Source of the DNA: Rebecca billardiae RCC1528
Lineage: Eukaryota; Protista; Haptophyta
Length of the DNA: 64,000 nt
NCBI GenBank assembly: GCA_965240325.2
Contig: OZ251224.1
Location: 3,224,001-3,288,000, forward strand
Direction of reading: 5' to 3'
The position numbers and the translations under genes were made by a program. Shown piece after piece: positions 9,775-23,800 of this stretch (position 1 is the first letter of the stretch; every line of letters starts with the position of its first letter). A model generated the notes under the pieces. It did not search any database, was not told where the DNA came from, and saw only the letters and a list, made by a program, of their open reading frames with translations.

Positions 9775-11328
9775 ATGGCGTCGACCTCGGAGAGCGGGGC
9801 GAGAGAAAGTGACGAGGAGTACGCGCTGAGGCTCCAGCAGCAGGAGGACGAGCTCGCTCGGCAGACAACATCCGAGGTTGAGAACGACGAGGCCATCGCG
9901 CGCGAGCTGGCGGCGCTGGACGTGCAAGCGGCAACCGTGCCGGATGCGGCTGCGCCAAGCGCCGAGCGAGCCGCGACGCAGGGGGACGAGGACCTGGCAC
10001 GCAGCCTGCAGGAGGAGGAGAAGCGAGCATCACGGCCAGCGCCACCCGTCGCGCACGCGTACCCTGCCATCGACCCCAGGCGCACACACCCCAGCGTCGT
10101 CCAAGCATATCGGCTGGTGAGCGACTTGGAGGCGATCGTGAGCGAGGTTGGCAAGTGGTTCGAATCGCGCATCGAGGAGGCGCTGCGAGCCGGGCAGGTC
10201 ACCGCACCGCCGGCTGCGGCACCAGCGCAGGCCTCCGCGGCGGGCCCCGCCGGCGAGCCCGCTGCGAACGGGGCAGCTCCGCCCGTGACTGCCAACGGGA
10301 CGGCCCCACCCGCGAACGGAACGGCGAGCAGCATCTACGGGCAGAGCCGGGCGGAGTATGTCGTCCCGGTGAGCGCGCGCGCCGCGCCGTGCGCGGCGCG
10401 GGCGCCCGCCGGGCCCGGGGCGCTGACGGCTGGCGCGCCGCGCGGATGCTGCCTGCGCCGCGCTTGTGCGCAGGAGGTCGACGACGACCAGGATCTGCCC
10501 GCCGCGTCCGCCGGGACGATCGGAGACCTGTCGGCCGGGCCGCGCGTGCTCAAGTCTCGACCGGAGGTCGAGCTGGTGGCGTTCGGGGACGAGGTGGTGG
10601 GGTCGGCGGCGGACGCGGTGCGGATGGACGGGGCGCTGGAGGAGCTGATACTCGGCCGGCTGTGCGGGCTGCTCCAGGCCATGCTCTCCGACGGGCTGAT
10701 GCAGCCCCTGCTGGGCGGTCTCTTCCAGGGCGGCGCGCGCTCGGCCTGGTCGCTCTTCGAGGCGTGGGCAAACCTGATCGAGAGCCGGTGCGAGTCGACG
10801 ATGGGCGAGCAGGAGCGCGTCAAGCCGAGCGTGTGCCTGATCGGGCTGCTCAAGGCAATCCGACGGATCTCGCAGCTCTACGATGAGCAGCTCACGCAGC
10901 GGCCCCAGCTGCCACCGCCGTACGAGTTCAAGTTCCGCGCGCTTGTGTGCTACGGGTTGAAGTGCGCGCACCCGGCGACACGCACGCGCGTGAGCGCGCG
11001 ACACATCCGCGATGCGGTGGCTGCACGACTCAGCGCCCGGGCGTCCCACGCGCACCGCTGCCGCCCGGCCCCGCCGCGCAGCGTGGGCGAGCTGCACGAG
11101 TGGTTCGCCATGCTCGCCCTCGATGGCCCCGCCGACCGCATCTTCGACTGGTACGACAGCGACGCGTTCCTCACGATGCGCGAGGCGGTGCTGGTCGCAG
11201 CCGAGAAGCTCGTGCCGCTCGCGTCGGAGCAGTTCCGGCTACCGCTGCAAATCGAGTGCAAGGCGATCACGCGCGATGGAGGGCTGTACTGCTTCGCCGC
11301 GCAGCAAGAGGCCCATGCGTGGCTATGA
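9775..11328 (+). CDS. UIM-repeat plus RUN-domain protein; introns 10369-10473 and 10962-11081
   Basis: Three UIM-like motifs (DEEYALRLQQQE, DEAIARELAA, DEDLARSLQEEE). Removing two GT-AG introns gives the RUN-like LCxLLxAMLSDGL...KFRALVCYGLNVGELHEW...WYDSDAFL. Confidence 0.75.
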   Translation: MASTSESGARESDEEYALRLQQQEDELARQTTSEVENDEAIARELAALDVQAATVPDAAAPSAERAATQGDEDLARSLQEEEKRASRPAPPVAHAYPAIDPRRTHPSVVQAYRLVSDLEAIVSEVGKWFESRIEEALRAGQVTAPPAAAPAQASAAGPAGEPAANGAAPPVTANGTAPPANGTASSIYGQSRAEYVVPVSARAAPCAARAPAGPGALTAGAPRGCCLRRACAQEVDDDQDLPAASAGTIGDLSAGPRVLKSRPEVELVAFGDEVVGSAADAVRMDGALEELILGRLCGLLQAMLSDGLMQPLLGGLFQGGARSAWSLFEAWANLIESRCESTMGEQERVKPSVCLIGLLKAIRRISQLYDEQLTQRPQLPPPYEFKFRALVCYGLKCAHPATRTRVSARHIRDAVAARLSARASHAHRCRPAPPRSVGELHEWFAMLALDGPADRIFDWYDSDAFLTMREAVLVAAEKLVPLASEQFRLPLQIECKAITRDGGLYCFAAQQEAHAWL

Positions 11329-11887
11329 TGTGCTCCTGACAACCACGCTCCGAAGTCGCCGTGTCGGCTGTGCGCGTTCGGCGTTGGCTGCGCTGCGTCC
11401 GGGCTCCGTGAGGTCCCGTATATTGTCAGACCATGTCGGCCCGGCAGGCCGACTCTGAAATGAGGATGATCATCTGCCGTGCCGAGCAGCGCGGCTATCA
11501 CGCCAGCAGCCACGACCCCTGAATGACCGCGTGAGTGAATCCGCCGGACTGCCATGCACTGCGACTGCCAGTGGCAGTGGCGTACCGTTACCGTGCCCGT
11601 GGTTGATCGGCATTCGGCTCAATCGGCTCTGCTAACTGCTTATAGTTACTCTTACCGCGAATACGGCGCGAATGCCGGGCGGAGTCGATCCGGGACCGGG
11701 ACACTGCTGACTGTCAGCTTCGTCAGCGGCTGAGCCCGTGCCACTCGGCACGCTCCTAAGTCGGATCAGGATGGCGCGGGTGTTCATCCGGCCTGCTACA
11801 CACAGGCTGAGGTGCGAGCCCGGATGCCGACAGTGACCGCGCCTCAGCCCGGATCGTACTGTGAGCGAGTAGCGCACATTATCAAAA

Positions 11888-14800
11888 TCAGTCCTTACTG
11901 CAGAGCAGGCATACGCCGCGCAGGACCCACTTATTTGGCGGGTCCTCCGTGCGCAGCTCAATGGAGGTGACGAAGTTGAGGCCCGTGCGCTTCGGCGTCT
12001 TGTACAGCGGGCAGACGTACGCTTCGTTCGGGTTGGTCCGCTTGTTGACGCTGAGCACCGCGGCGATGTGGATGACAGGCAGCTGCGCGTACAGCACCTT
12101 CGGGTCCGAGTCGACAAGGCGCTCCTTCGCCTTGTCCCACTTGCACCCGTCGAGGAAGAGCCCGTGGATATACACTCCCTCCTCGGGCCCTCTTCTGAGC
12201 TCGTCCTTCTCCTGCGGGCGGCGGAACGGATGCGCGCGAGCGGCATGGCGCGCGGGTCAGCTCCCGGTCGCGGACGCATGCGGGCGGCGCCGTGCGCGCG
12301 CCGTGATCGCGCCGGGCGCGCGCGCTCACGTATTTGAGCACCTCCGAGTAGTCGACCATGTCGTCCAGCGCCCAGTTCTCCTTGGCGTGCCTTCTGCACA
12401 CCTCCTGCCGGTTGGCCGTGAGGAAGCCCTGCGGGTTGAAGAAGCCCGTCAGCCAGAACGCGAGCGGTCGGTTCGTATGCAGCCAGCTGGACAGCTGCTC
12501 GTACCGTGAGAGGATGTTGACCCACCACAGGCCGATGTTGGGCATGACGAGCTGCGACACCTTCTGCCACAGCTCGGGCACGCGCGCCATGAACAGCGCG
12601 TCGAGCATCTGCGCCAGCTCGGCCGACATGACGATGGTGCCTGTGCGAGCGCGCACACGGCGCGGGGAGAAGGCGCGGTGAGGCGGTGCGCCGCGCACGC
12701 TCGCGCGCGTGCACGCTCGCGCGCGCGCCAGGCTGGGCGGCGGGAGCTCCGGCGCGGCCTGCCCGCGCGCGCACCGGCGATCGCCAGCTTGAGGTTGATC
12801 AGCATCCGGCGCACGACGGAGAGCACCTTCTGCAGGCGGTCGACCTCCTGCGAGAGGCAGATGTTAAGCGGCCGGCCCATCCCGCCGATCGCCTTGATCT
12901 GCGCGTTCACCTCGTCGCGCACAAAGTCGCTGGGCAGCTTGGCCTGCAGGTCCTCGGCCTGCTTGAGCACGATCTCCTCGCGCGTGAGCCCGCCGCCGCC
13001 GCCCGACTCCTTCGGCTGCACGTTGAGGATCGTCTCGAGCACCTGCTTCGTCTGCATCGTCCGGTACGCAAGGTCCGCGTTCGTGTGCAGCCCAAACACC
13101 TCCGGGTTGTCAATGTGCGGCAGCTGCTCGATCGCCTTGCGGAAGGTCTCGATGTCGTTCACGTTGCCTGCGCCGCGGCCGCGCGGCAGCGGCGTGAGCA
13201 CGAGCGCGCGAGCGGTGCGCACCATACTACGCGCGCGCGCGCGTGCCGGGCGCGACAACGGGCAGCCCCGCTAGCGCGCGCGCGCGCGTGCGCGCCGCGC
13301 CCGGGTCGGGCGCGGTCGGGCGCGCACCGGTCGTCGGGATGTTATACCGCAGGTTGCCCAGCTCGTAGAAGGAGAAGGTGGGCTGCAGGATGCGCGAGGT
13401 GAGCCACGCGAGGCCGTACGTGTTGAACAGCCGCCGGTCCCAGTCGTCCGTGATGCGCCCGCCGTACTGCACCTCGCACACCATGTAGTTCACCACGATC
13501 CAGTCGACCGGCCGCTTCTTGGTCTCGACGTCGGAGAGATGGTTCTGCATGAACTGCACGGACGCGGAGAGGTCGGACTGGTTGAACTCGTACGGCACGT
13601 TGAAGCCGAGCGGGCCGAACTTGCGCCGCTCCTGCACGATCGTGTGCATGAAGCACAGCGCGTACAGCATGCTCTTCCACTGCGGCTGCGACACCGCGTC
13701 GAGCACGTCCTGGTTGAGCCACGCGTAGGACGCCTTGAGGCCGGCGCGGATGCCGGACGGCGCCTCGTTCGTGATCTTGATCGAGAGCTGGAGCAGCCCG
13801 ATGGGGAACTTGGGGTGCGGCTCGCAGGTGATCCACAGCCGGAACGACGGGTTCACCGCCTCGTCGAACTTGAGGATCGTCTGCTCCACCTCCACCATGA
13901 ACTTGAGCCCCAGGTGGCAGTTCTGCAGCATCACCCACGAGCCGTTGGCCGTGCCGGTCGCAATCAGCTTGCGCGCGGCCGGCTCCTGCCCCTGGCCCAT
14001 CGAGATGGACTGGACCAGCTTCTTCTTCTTCTTCGCCAGCTCCATGATGATGCCCGTCGGGTCGGCGCCCTGCGAGAGCAGCGCGATCAGCGGGCACGCC
14101 GCCGACGCCTCCTCCTCCGTCGCGCGCAGGTCGAGCGGCCGCGAGTCGGTGAAGCGCTGCCCGATCGTGTCAGAGATGTACGCGTTCACCGAGAGCAGCG
14201 TGCGGTCGTCGCGCAGGCAGCGCACGACGAGCAGCCGCTCGAAGAGGTCGAGCCGGTCGTCGAACTCGGGGATCTTCACCACCTCCGGCGTGTCCTCGTC
14301 GTACCAGTGCTTCCACAGCTGGTCGTTGCGCGAGAACGAGTCGGTGATGTCGCGCAGCACCGGCACGGTGCGCGAGAGCTGGATCAGGTTGAGCCACGCG
14401 GCGTCGGGCAGCCAGCCGACGGGCTTCTGGCGCTCGGACTTGATGTCGAGCGCGCCGCCCGCCTTGAGCAGGCACTGCACGTACGCCGTCGACAGCCGCT
14501 CCGCCGTGCTCTCGATCTTCATTGTGAGCATCAGCACCCACACCAGACGGTGCGACTCGAAGAGGCCGCGCTGCACGTACGACGTCACGTAGAAAGTCAT
14601 GTACTCGATCACCGCGGCGATGCGCTTCGAGGCGAGCATGTTGTTCGTCTTCTCCGAGTTGTCGATGGAGTAGTCGAAGAGCCCGAGGAACTGCACCAGC
14701 GACGTCTGGTACATCGGGTTGATGTTCGCCATGTCCGTGATCAGGAAGTAGAGCAGCGAGCCGCGCGTCGCGACCGGCCGGTACTCCTCTCGCGCCACGT

Positions 14801-17800
14801 TGATGCGCCGGTCCGTGTCGGCGGCGTTGGCGAGCTTCTCCTTGACCTCGGCGGAGGTGGTCTTGGTGTTGTTCAGCACCTCGATCAGCTCGGTGTCGTC
14901 GAGCAGGTTGCCCGTCGAGTTCGCCAGCCGGAAGAGCAGGTCGTCCTCGAGCTGCTTGAGGATCTTCTGGTTGGAGTTGACGTCCTCGACCAGCTTCTGC
15001 CGCTGCTCCTCGAGCTCGGCGCGCTCGTGCTGCAGCGTGCGCGCGAGCAGCTGCTGCTCGAGGCCGAGGATGGTGACGGTGAAGTTGATCACCGTGAGCT
15101 GCGCGCACAGCTCGGGCGAGAAGTGCGGGTTCGCCAGCTTCGACGTGAGGAAGAGTCGGAAGGTCTCGGTGTACTCGCACTCCTTGTCCGCGAGCACGAT
15201 CACGAGCGCGCGCCCCTTGCGCTGCACCTGCTTGTCGAGCACGGGGTCGATGATCGGGTCGAGCTCCTCCTCGACGTTCTCGATGATCAGCGGCGTGCCC
15301 ATCGACATGCCCTCCTCCAGGTGGTTGCGGAACTTCTTCTCGAGCAGCGACGTCACCTTGAGCCCGTTCACTTCCTCGCGCGTCTTGAGCCAGTTGAGGC
15401 CCTGCCCCTGCGGGTCGATGAGCAGCGGCCACTTGGACGAGCGCGTGACCATGATGCCGTTCTGCACGGAGAGCTCGTCGGAGGGCAGCCCCTCGAGCGC
15501 CCAGTCGCCCACCGTCGACTCGTCCGCCATGAACTTGGTGACGCTCAGCTCCTCCGTCACCGGGATCGCGCGCGTCTTGCAGTCGTTGTAGAAGCGCTCC
15601 TGCAGCAGCATGCGGAACTCGGCGTTGAACGGGCCGACGTACTCGACGAACGCGCACGAGAGCGCGACGTCGCCGGTGAGCCGGCGGATCTCGTCGGCGA
15701 ACGCCTCGGAGAGGTGGGTCCACCGGTCACGCTCGCCCGCCAGCCCGTTGATCAGCTTGTTCGCCGAGTCCATCCGGCGCTGCGTCGCGTCCGCGTCGTC
15801 CTGGATCCGCTGCTTGGTCGCCATCGCGTCGTCGAACTGCACCTGCATCTGGTGCAGCTCGGCCTGCACCGAGTCGAGCTCGCTCTGCGCCTTGTCGAGC
15901 TTGGCGTTCGCCACCTTGAGCTTGCTCTCCGCGATGCGCAGCTGCTCCATCTTCGGCTTCACCACCTTGGCGATCGTCGTGTACATGTCCATCGCGCGCA
16001 CCCACGTGCACAGCCCCGCCACGTTGCCCGACGCCTTCTTCGCGTCCTCGTACGTGAAGTCCTCCGCCGAGATGTACGGGTGGAGCACCTCGATGGTCTC
16101 GTCGTTGATCGCGTCGCGGTCGAAGTTCATGATGTCGTCGAGGAACGTCGACTTGCCCATCATCGGCAGCGCGAGCGACCACGACGACTCGAGCGTCCAC
16201 CGCTCCTTGGGCTTGACGAGCGCAGGCGCGACGATGTCGCCGCCCATCAGGATGAGCACGCAGTCGAAGATGCGCCGGATGATCTCGGGCGGCGACTTGA
16301 GCTGCTTGAGCAGCTGGATGTCCTTCGCGTTGATCGCCTTGAGCGCGTTCTCCGCCTCGTCCAGCGCGGGCTGCGCCGCCGCCAGGTCGCGCTCGACGTC
16401 GGCCTTCTGCCCAGCGATCACGTCGGCCTCGGCGGCGAGCACGTCCTTCACGCCCTGCACCTCCGCCTTCTTCTTCTCCGCCTTGGCCGTGTTGGTGGTG
16501 ATCTCCTGCAGCAGCACGGCGGACTTCTCCTGCGCGATGACCAGCCCCTTCTCCTTCTCCTTCAGCTCCACCTTCATCTTGCTCACGTCCTCGCCCGCCT
16601 CGACCAGCTTCGTCAGCCCCGTGTTGATGTTGGACGCGAGCATCTCGACGTGCTCCACCTTGCGCTTGTACACGTCCTGGTACGCGCTGATGAACGAGAG
16701 GAACGACTTGGGCGTGACGTACGCGTACCGGCGGTAGCGCTCGAAGTACTCGGCGGTCGAGTCGCGCACCGCGTTGTGCGTGTGCGCCATGTGCGTGATC
16801 AGCGCCGCGCGCACGTCGGGCGGCGCCTGCAGCTTGGAGAAGGTCGAGAGCCCGGACGAGGCGACGTCGACGAGCGCCTGCTCGGGCCACGGCAGGAACC
16901 AGTCGATCGTGCAGTTGTTGATCAGCCCGGGGAACTTCTGCGCGCGGTCGCGGAACTTGGAGCCGACGGGCGAGAAGCAGAGCACGAGGTGCAGGTTGGC
17001 GCGCACGCGCTTCAGGAAGAAGGCCCACAGGTCGTCCGCCGTCGGCTCGACGCCCTTGAACACCTCCGAGTAGGGCCGCGCGATCTCGCCGAGGATGCCG
17101 TCCATCTCGTCGCGCGCGAACAGGTTGGGCAGCTCGCCCGTGTTGAGGAAGATGTTGAGGTACTCGAGGAAGACCTCCTCCTTGATCTCCTTGTCGGTGA
17201 ACATGAACGAGCACGGCCGGTTCAGCACGCCCGCCGTGCGGTACATCGGCTTGAAGTCGTCGAGCAGGTTGTTCACGTTGTACTGCTTGGTGAGCGTGAT
17301 CTGCGAGATGGTCGCGTCGGCGATGAAGGACGCGAGCCGCGTGAGCGACTGCTTGCCCGAGCCGCCGACGCCGACGAGGAGGGCCGAGCCGCGCGGCGAG
17401 CGGATGATGCGCGAGATGCGCATAAAGTGCGCGAGCGCGTCGTCAAAGAGCACCAGCTCGACCGCCTGCAGCTTGTTCACCTCCTTGAAGCGCTTCATGT
17501 ACCCGCCGATCACCTCGCGCAGCACGCCAAAGTCGCTCTCCGGCACGGGCTCGTACACCTTGGGCGGCGGCAGCTCCTCGCCCGTCTCGGGGTCCTCGGG
17601 CGCGGGGCGGAGGAAGTCGACGAAGTACGCGGGCGCGAGCTTGTGGAAGCCCTTTGCGCCGCCGAGCTTCTCCTCGATCAGCTTGGTGACGCACGCGTCG
17701 AACCACGCCTTGTCGTCTGAGTCGATCAGCCGGTCCTGGAAGACGCGCGTCGCCTCGTGCCGCCACAGCTTGATCAGCAGCGCGTCCGAGTCGATCACCT

Positions 17801-20800
17801 CGTGCACGGGGCACGTGAAGATGCCCTGGAAGACGCGCGAGAGGTCTCGCAGGTTGAAGATGTAGTGGAACTTGGACGGCGTCGGCAGCATCCGCGCCTT
17901 CACCGCGTCCCACACCGAGATCGTCAGCTCGACCAGCCGGCGCGAGAGCGAGATCACGTCCTCGCCGATCTCGGGCCCGCCCTCGGCGCCGGCGCCCTCG
18001 CGGAAGTGCACGCGCACCATCGAGCCGAAGATCTGCGAGATGGAGAGCTGCGACGGCAGCGGCACGTTCATCACGTGGAAGTGGCGCTTTGCGCGGTTCG
18101 GGATGTCCTGCTTGCCGCCGCCCGGGTGCAGCATGCAGCCGAGCACGAGCAGGTCGACGATCTGCATGATCTCGCCCGGCTTCTGCAGGTTGTACAGCCC
18201 GCCCTGCTCGATCAGCTGCCGCACGATCTCGAGCGTCGGCTGGTCGCCCCACGTGTTGATCTCGGGCATCGAGATGTCGTCGACAAAGACGAGCATGTCC
18301 TTGCCGCCCGGCGGGCCGAACGTCTTGCCCTGCCGCTTCTCGACCGAGCCCTCGATCGTCTTCTGGAAGATGAGCGGCGTGGTCGCGGCCGAGAAGGAGA
18401 TCTTCTTCGAGAGCACCGCCGACGGGTCCTGCTTGGCGAGCACCTGCAGGATGCACGTCGTCTTGGCGGTGCCCGGCCCGCCGATCAGCAGCACGGCGCG
18501 GTTGCGCGCGAGCGAGGTCTGCAGCGTGAAGAGCGTGCGCGCCGAGTCGACCGTGGGGATCGTGAGCGTGGGGAAGTCGGCGGCGAGGTCGGTGCCGTCG
18601 TAGTTCCACTCGGGCACGCGCGCGTCCCAGTGCGACCACTCGCACGTCGCCTCGTCGACAAAGAAGTCGTACACAGTCTCGTCGTCGTCGGCGCCCGGCC
18701 CGGCGCCGGCGGGCATCGCGAGGTCCTGCTCGCGCAGGAACGCGTCCACGCGCATGCGGTCGGCCGGCTCGAGCGTGCCGCCCACGGTCCAGATGAGCGC
18801 GTACGTGAAGATGCGCATCACCTGCTCCTCCGACAGCGTCTCCGCCGCCGGCATCGACGGCAGCAGCCCCTCGAGCAGCGTGCACATGGACTGGAGCAGC
18901 GCGATCGGCGCGCACGCCATCTTGGGCGCGCACTCCTTGCGCACGAAGTCGAGCAGCGGGTCGACGTACGCCTCGAAGAGCGGGCGGAGCGCCGCGCCCG
19001 CCGCGGCCGGCTCGAGCTGGTCGCACCAAGACGCCACGAACGGCGCCCAGCCCAGGTCCAGGTCGGAGATGTAGATGATGCCCGCGCGCGACACGGTCGC
19101 GGGCGACGCGTTGCGCAGGTCCTCGACCTCGAAGTTGAGCGTCACGTTCGGCCGCAGCATGGGGATGCGGTCGTTGTTCGCGAGCGTGAGGATCTTGTTG
19201 TCGTCCATCACCGTGTTCAGGTTCTCGATCCAGATCGCGTCGACCGGGCCGTCGAGCACGAGCCAGGTGAAGTTCTTGCGGTCCTTGTTCGCCTTGCGCC
19301 ACAGCTGCGCAAAGATGCCCTCTGTCCACTCGTTGGCGATCACGTCGAGCGCGCCGAACATCTGCGGCGAGGTGATCGCCTTGGGGTTCATGCGCGACTC
19401 GCGGTGCGGCTGGCCGACCATCGGCGGCAGGTCGAGCGACGGCGTGCAGCTCGTGAGCGCCTTGTGCAGCACCTCCGTGATGCGCGTCTTGCCGACGCCC
19501 GACGGCCCGACCGACATGACCGAGTGCCGCACGAGCGCCATCTCGTACACCTGCACGATCTTGAGCACCCACCCCTCGTGGTCCTGCAGCCCGAGCCCGG
19601 CGACCACGCTGGCGATCGCCTCCTCCACCTCCTTGTGCTTCTTCTTCTCCGCGTACATGCCGGGGAAGAGGTCCTCGATCGTCGACATGAAGAGCGGCAC
19701 GTCCTCGGCCACAAACTTGGAGAGGTTCATGTCGCGCAGCGAGCGCATCAGCAGCTCGAGCTCAGGCTTCTCCTGCTGCTGCCGCTTGGACGCGCCGGCG
19801 GTGCGCAGCACCGCGAGGATGTTGCGCAGCCCAAAGTCGTAGTGCGCCTGCTTCGAGAGCTGCTCCTCGCACAGCCGGTACAGCACGTTGAACTTCTTCG
19901 CGCACAGCACGGCGTCCTTGTACCCGCACGCGACCAGCTTCACCTTCATGATGATCTCGCGGTCGGGCACCATCATCGTCACGCCGCGGAAGAGCGACTT
20001 GAGGTTCTCGGGCAGCTCCTGCCGGCCGGCGTACCCCGGGTTCATCGTGATGAAGAAGCCCACCTCCTTGTCCAGCGCGATCACCTGCCCGTCGGTGAAC
20101 TGGAACGTCTTGCGGTCCTCGCGGATCGCGATCAGCACCGACATCACCTGCTGCGCGACGACCGAGAGCACCTCGAGGTCGATGCGGTTGAACTCGTCGA
20201 AGCAGCCCCAGCAGCCGGACTGCGCGAGGCCCTTGAGGATGTTGCCCATGATCCGGTAGTCCATCTGGTCCGAGCAGTTCGTCACGACGACGTACTTGCC
20301 GAGCGTGCAGCCCATGTCCTTGGTCGTCTCCGTCTTGCCCGTGCCGGCCGGGCCGGCGGGCGCGCCGCCGAGGAACATGCCGAGCGCCTGCGCGAGCGTG
20401 ATGTAGCAGCGGTCGGTGAGCGGCGTGATGACGAGCCGCTCCTTCACGCCGAGGTACTCGTTGCAGTACTTGAAGTCGACGTCCGCTACCGAGATCATCG
20501 CGTAGTCGAGGTCGTACCGCCAGTAGAAGCGCGCCTGCTTCTGCCACTCGAAGTCCTCCGTGTCGCGCACCTTGCGCTTCACAATCTCCTCCCACACGTC
20601 GCGCTGGTGCACGTCGACGGTGATCATCGTCTCGATCTTGCGCCGCGTCCACGCGCCGAGCGCGCGCAGCGCCTCGTCCGGCTGCAGGTTCATCGCCACC
20701 AGCTCGTTGAGCCGCGCCTGGTTCTTCTTGTTGGTCTGCGACATGATGCCGCGCTCCGACTTTGAGCGGTACAGCGCGTCCTCGCAGTCGCCCGTCCACT

Positions 20801-23800
20801 TGAACTGGATGCCGATGAGCGAGACCTGCGCGGCGTACTTGTTGGTGAAGTCGGCGGTCTCGAGCACCTCGCAGTCGTCCGCCGCCGCGCGCACGATCGA
20901 CTTGATCGTGTCGCGCATCTCGCGCAGCAGCGCGTTCAGCCAGTCCTCGATGTTGCCCTCCGCCTTGACCGGCTTGTTGAGCCGCACACTCTGCCCGTCG
21001 TTCGACGAGATCACCTCGATCTTGGTCTTGTCGGCGCGCGCGAAGGTGACGTTCTCGATCGAGTCGAAGACCGACTGCAGGTGCGGCTGGATCGCCTGCG
21101 GGTTCGAGCCCTGCGAGAGGATCTCGAGCAGGTTGGGGTCGGAGACGAAGTAGAAGCGCGGGAACGCGGCGCGCTTCTGGTCGAGGTAGCCCGACAGCGC
21201 CTTCTGGCACATTTCGAGCTGCTCGAGCAGGTGCGGCAGCAGCTGCTGCAGCACGTCGTTGCCGTAGCAGTACTGCACGACCACCGGCTGCTCGTTCGCC
21301 TTCTGCATGATCTTCATCCAGTTCTTGTCGATGCCCTGGAAGCGCTTGCTCTCCTGCGGCAGCTGCTTGGCGATGTCGCCCGACGTGAACACGGCCTCGA
21401 GGTACATCCACATCGCCTGCACCTGCACCCACTGCTCGAGGATCTCGGAGACGGTGGAGAGCTTGAGGATCCACTCCTGCACGTCCTCCTTGAACGGCGT
21501 GACGTAGCGCGACGCCATCATCGAGCCGAGCAGCATCTGCGCCTCCTCGAGCTGCTCCATCAGCTCGGTCGTCGCGCCGCCCGACAGGATGATCGGCCCG
21601 CGCGCCTTGAACTGGCCGAACGAGAGCGCGCGGTCGGACCACTCGGCCGAGACGCCCGCGAGCTTCTCCTCGATCTGCAGCTCCTTCACCGCCGAGTTGG
21701 CGATCTCCTCCACGTCCTCGCGGTACTCGAGCAGGTTCGCGTCGAGCAGGTCGGAGAGCTTGAACGACTCCGAGTGGACGGCGAGGTTGTGGCCCGAGAC
21801 ATCGCACAGCGCCTCCCAGTGGCGCGCGCGCATGCCCGGGTGCGTGAGCATCTGCACGAGGGGCAGCGACTCGAGGAAGTCGTCGATCGTGCGCTTCAGC
21901 TCGATGAACGCGTCCCACTCGCGCAGCGCCTTGGGCATCTTGCGGCACGACCCCTGGAACTCGGTGATCTTCGAGACCATCACGTCGAGGTTGGCGGGCA
22001 CCTCGGTCCACGGCTTGTCGTTGTACTCGCCGACGGTCGAGATGACGTGGCTGTACAGGTCGTACAGCTTGGTCAGCAGCTGCAGCTCCTGCTTCGTGCG
22101 CTCGAGGTCGGGGTACTCGGTGACGGGCAGGCCGAACAGCTTCTCGCCCGCCGAGTACGCGTCCCACTTGCGCTCGCGCTCCTCGAACAGGCGCTGGAAC
22201 TTGCGCAGCCGCTCCTCCGCCTCCATCGGCGCGACGCCGGGCACGCCCGGCCCGTTCGCCTCGAAGTCGTGCCGGAACTGGATCACGTCGACGACGAACA
22301 GCTTGATGTTGCGCACGAGGTTCTTCTTGAACGGCGCCTGCTTGCGCGAGAGGTGCTCCTGCAGCTCGTCCGCGAGCTTCTTGAGCTTCTTCCACGAGTA
22401 GCGCAGGTCGGTGACCATGTCGACCTCCTCCTTCGGGATGGAGACGTGGTAGCGCTGCAGCATGGCGTACATCTCCTCGATCGGCAGGAACTCGGTGTCC
22501 AGCGCCGACTCCTTCTCCTTCACCACCTGCAGGTGGTCGACCGCGAAGCGCACGTCGTCGAGGTCGCTCACCTCGCGCTTGAGGTTGCGCGTCATGTCGT
22601 GCATCCACTGCATGATGTCGTTGAGCTTGCCGTGCGCCTGCTGGTGGAGGTTCTTGGCGTACTGCGACTTCCACTCGTTCGCCTCCGCCTGGAACGCCGC
22701 CTTGAGCGGCTTCGTGTCGAGCGAGATCGCGCCGATGTTGTGCAGCGGCGGGATCTTGGAGATCTCCGTCTCGATCGCGACGTACTTTTTGAGCTCGGCC
22801 TCAAAATCCTCGAGCAGCGGCTCGGAGCGGAGGAACTGCGTGTACGCCTGCTGCATGTCCTCCTTCCAGAGCCACTCGTACTTGGCGAACGAGAGGAGGA
22901 ACTCGACCACGTGCCGCTTCGCGCCCTCCATCGAGCCCGTGAGCAGCAGCAGCGTCTTGATCACCTCGCGGTTGCGCGAGACGACGTCGTACACAGACTG
23001 CGGCGAGGGCGCGCCCCAGCGCGGCAGCTGCTTGGAGACGTCGAGCACGAGGCGCGAGGTCTCGTTCACCGCGTCCTGGATCTCGTCGAGCGAGGGCGAG
23101 GTGGTGATGTCGGGCACGGTCAGGTTGACGTTCACCTCGAAGAACGGCCGGTCGAGGAAGAGGAAGCCGCCGGACGCGCGCGAGCCGACGCGCAGCTTGA
23201 GCAGCTCGAGCGAGTGCTGCGTCGCGTGCAGCACCGCGCCGTGGAGCCGGCTGGCGAAGTGCTCGCGCAGCTTGAGCACCTCCGCCTCGTCGGCGCGGCG
23301 CGTGTGCGTCGGGCGGCGCGACGAGAGCGCCGGCGGCTCGTCGCCGCCGTCCTCCTCGTCGCTCGCGCCCGCGCTCAGCCGCCGGTCGCGCGGCGCGACG
23401 CCCGAGACGATCTCAATCAGGTCCTCGACCGCGGCCATCACCTCGTCGTTCTTCGAGCGGAGCATCGCGGTCTCCTCGCCGACCTTGCGGCGCTGGAGCT
23501 CGACGAAGCGGTCCGGCGACATCGACGAGCCCGACGCCTCGGGCAGCTCGATCAGCACGCACGACTTGACCACGTCGAGGTTGCGCTCGATGCGGTTGGA
23601 GATGATGTCGTCGACCTTGGTCACGAGCTCGTCGAGCCGCGCGAGCGCGGCGTGCACCGAGGCGAGGTACATGTCGATGTTCATCGAGGACCAGGTGAGC
23701 AGCGTGAGCCCGGGCGCGATCGCCGCCTCCATCTCGTCCAGGTGCGGCCGGAAGAGCGAGAGCGTGATCGGGCTCACGCGCGCGAGCACTGCCTCGTACT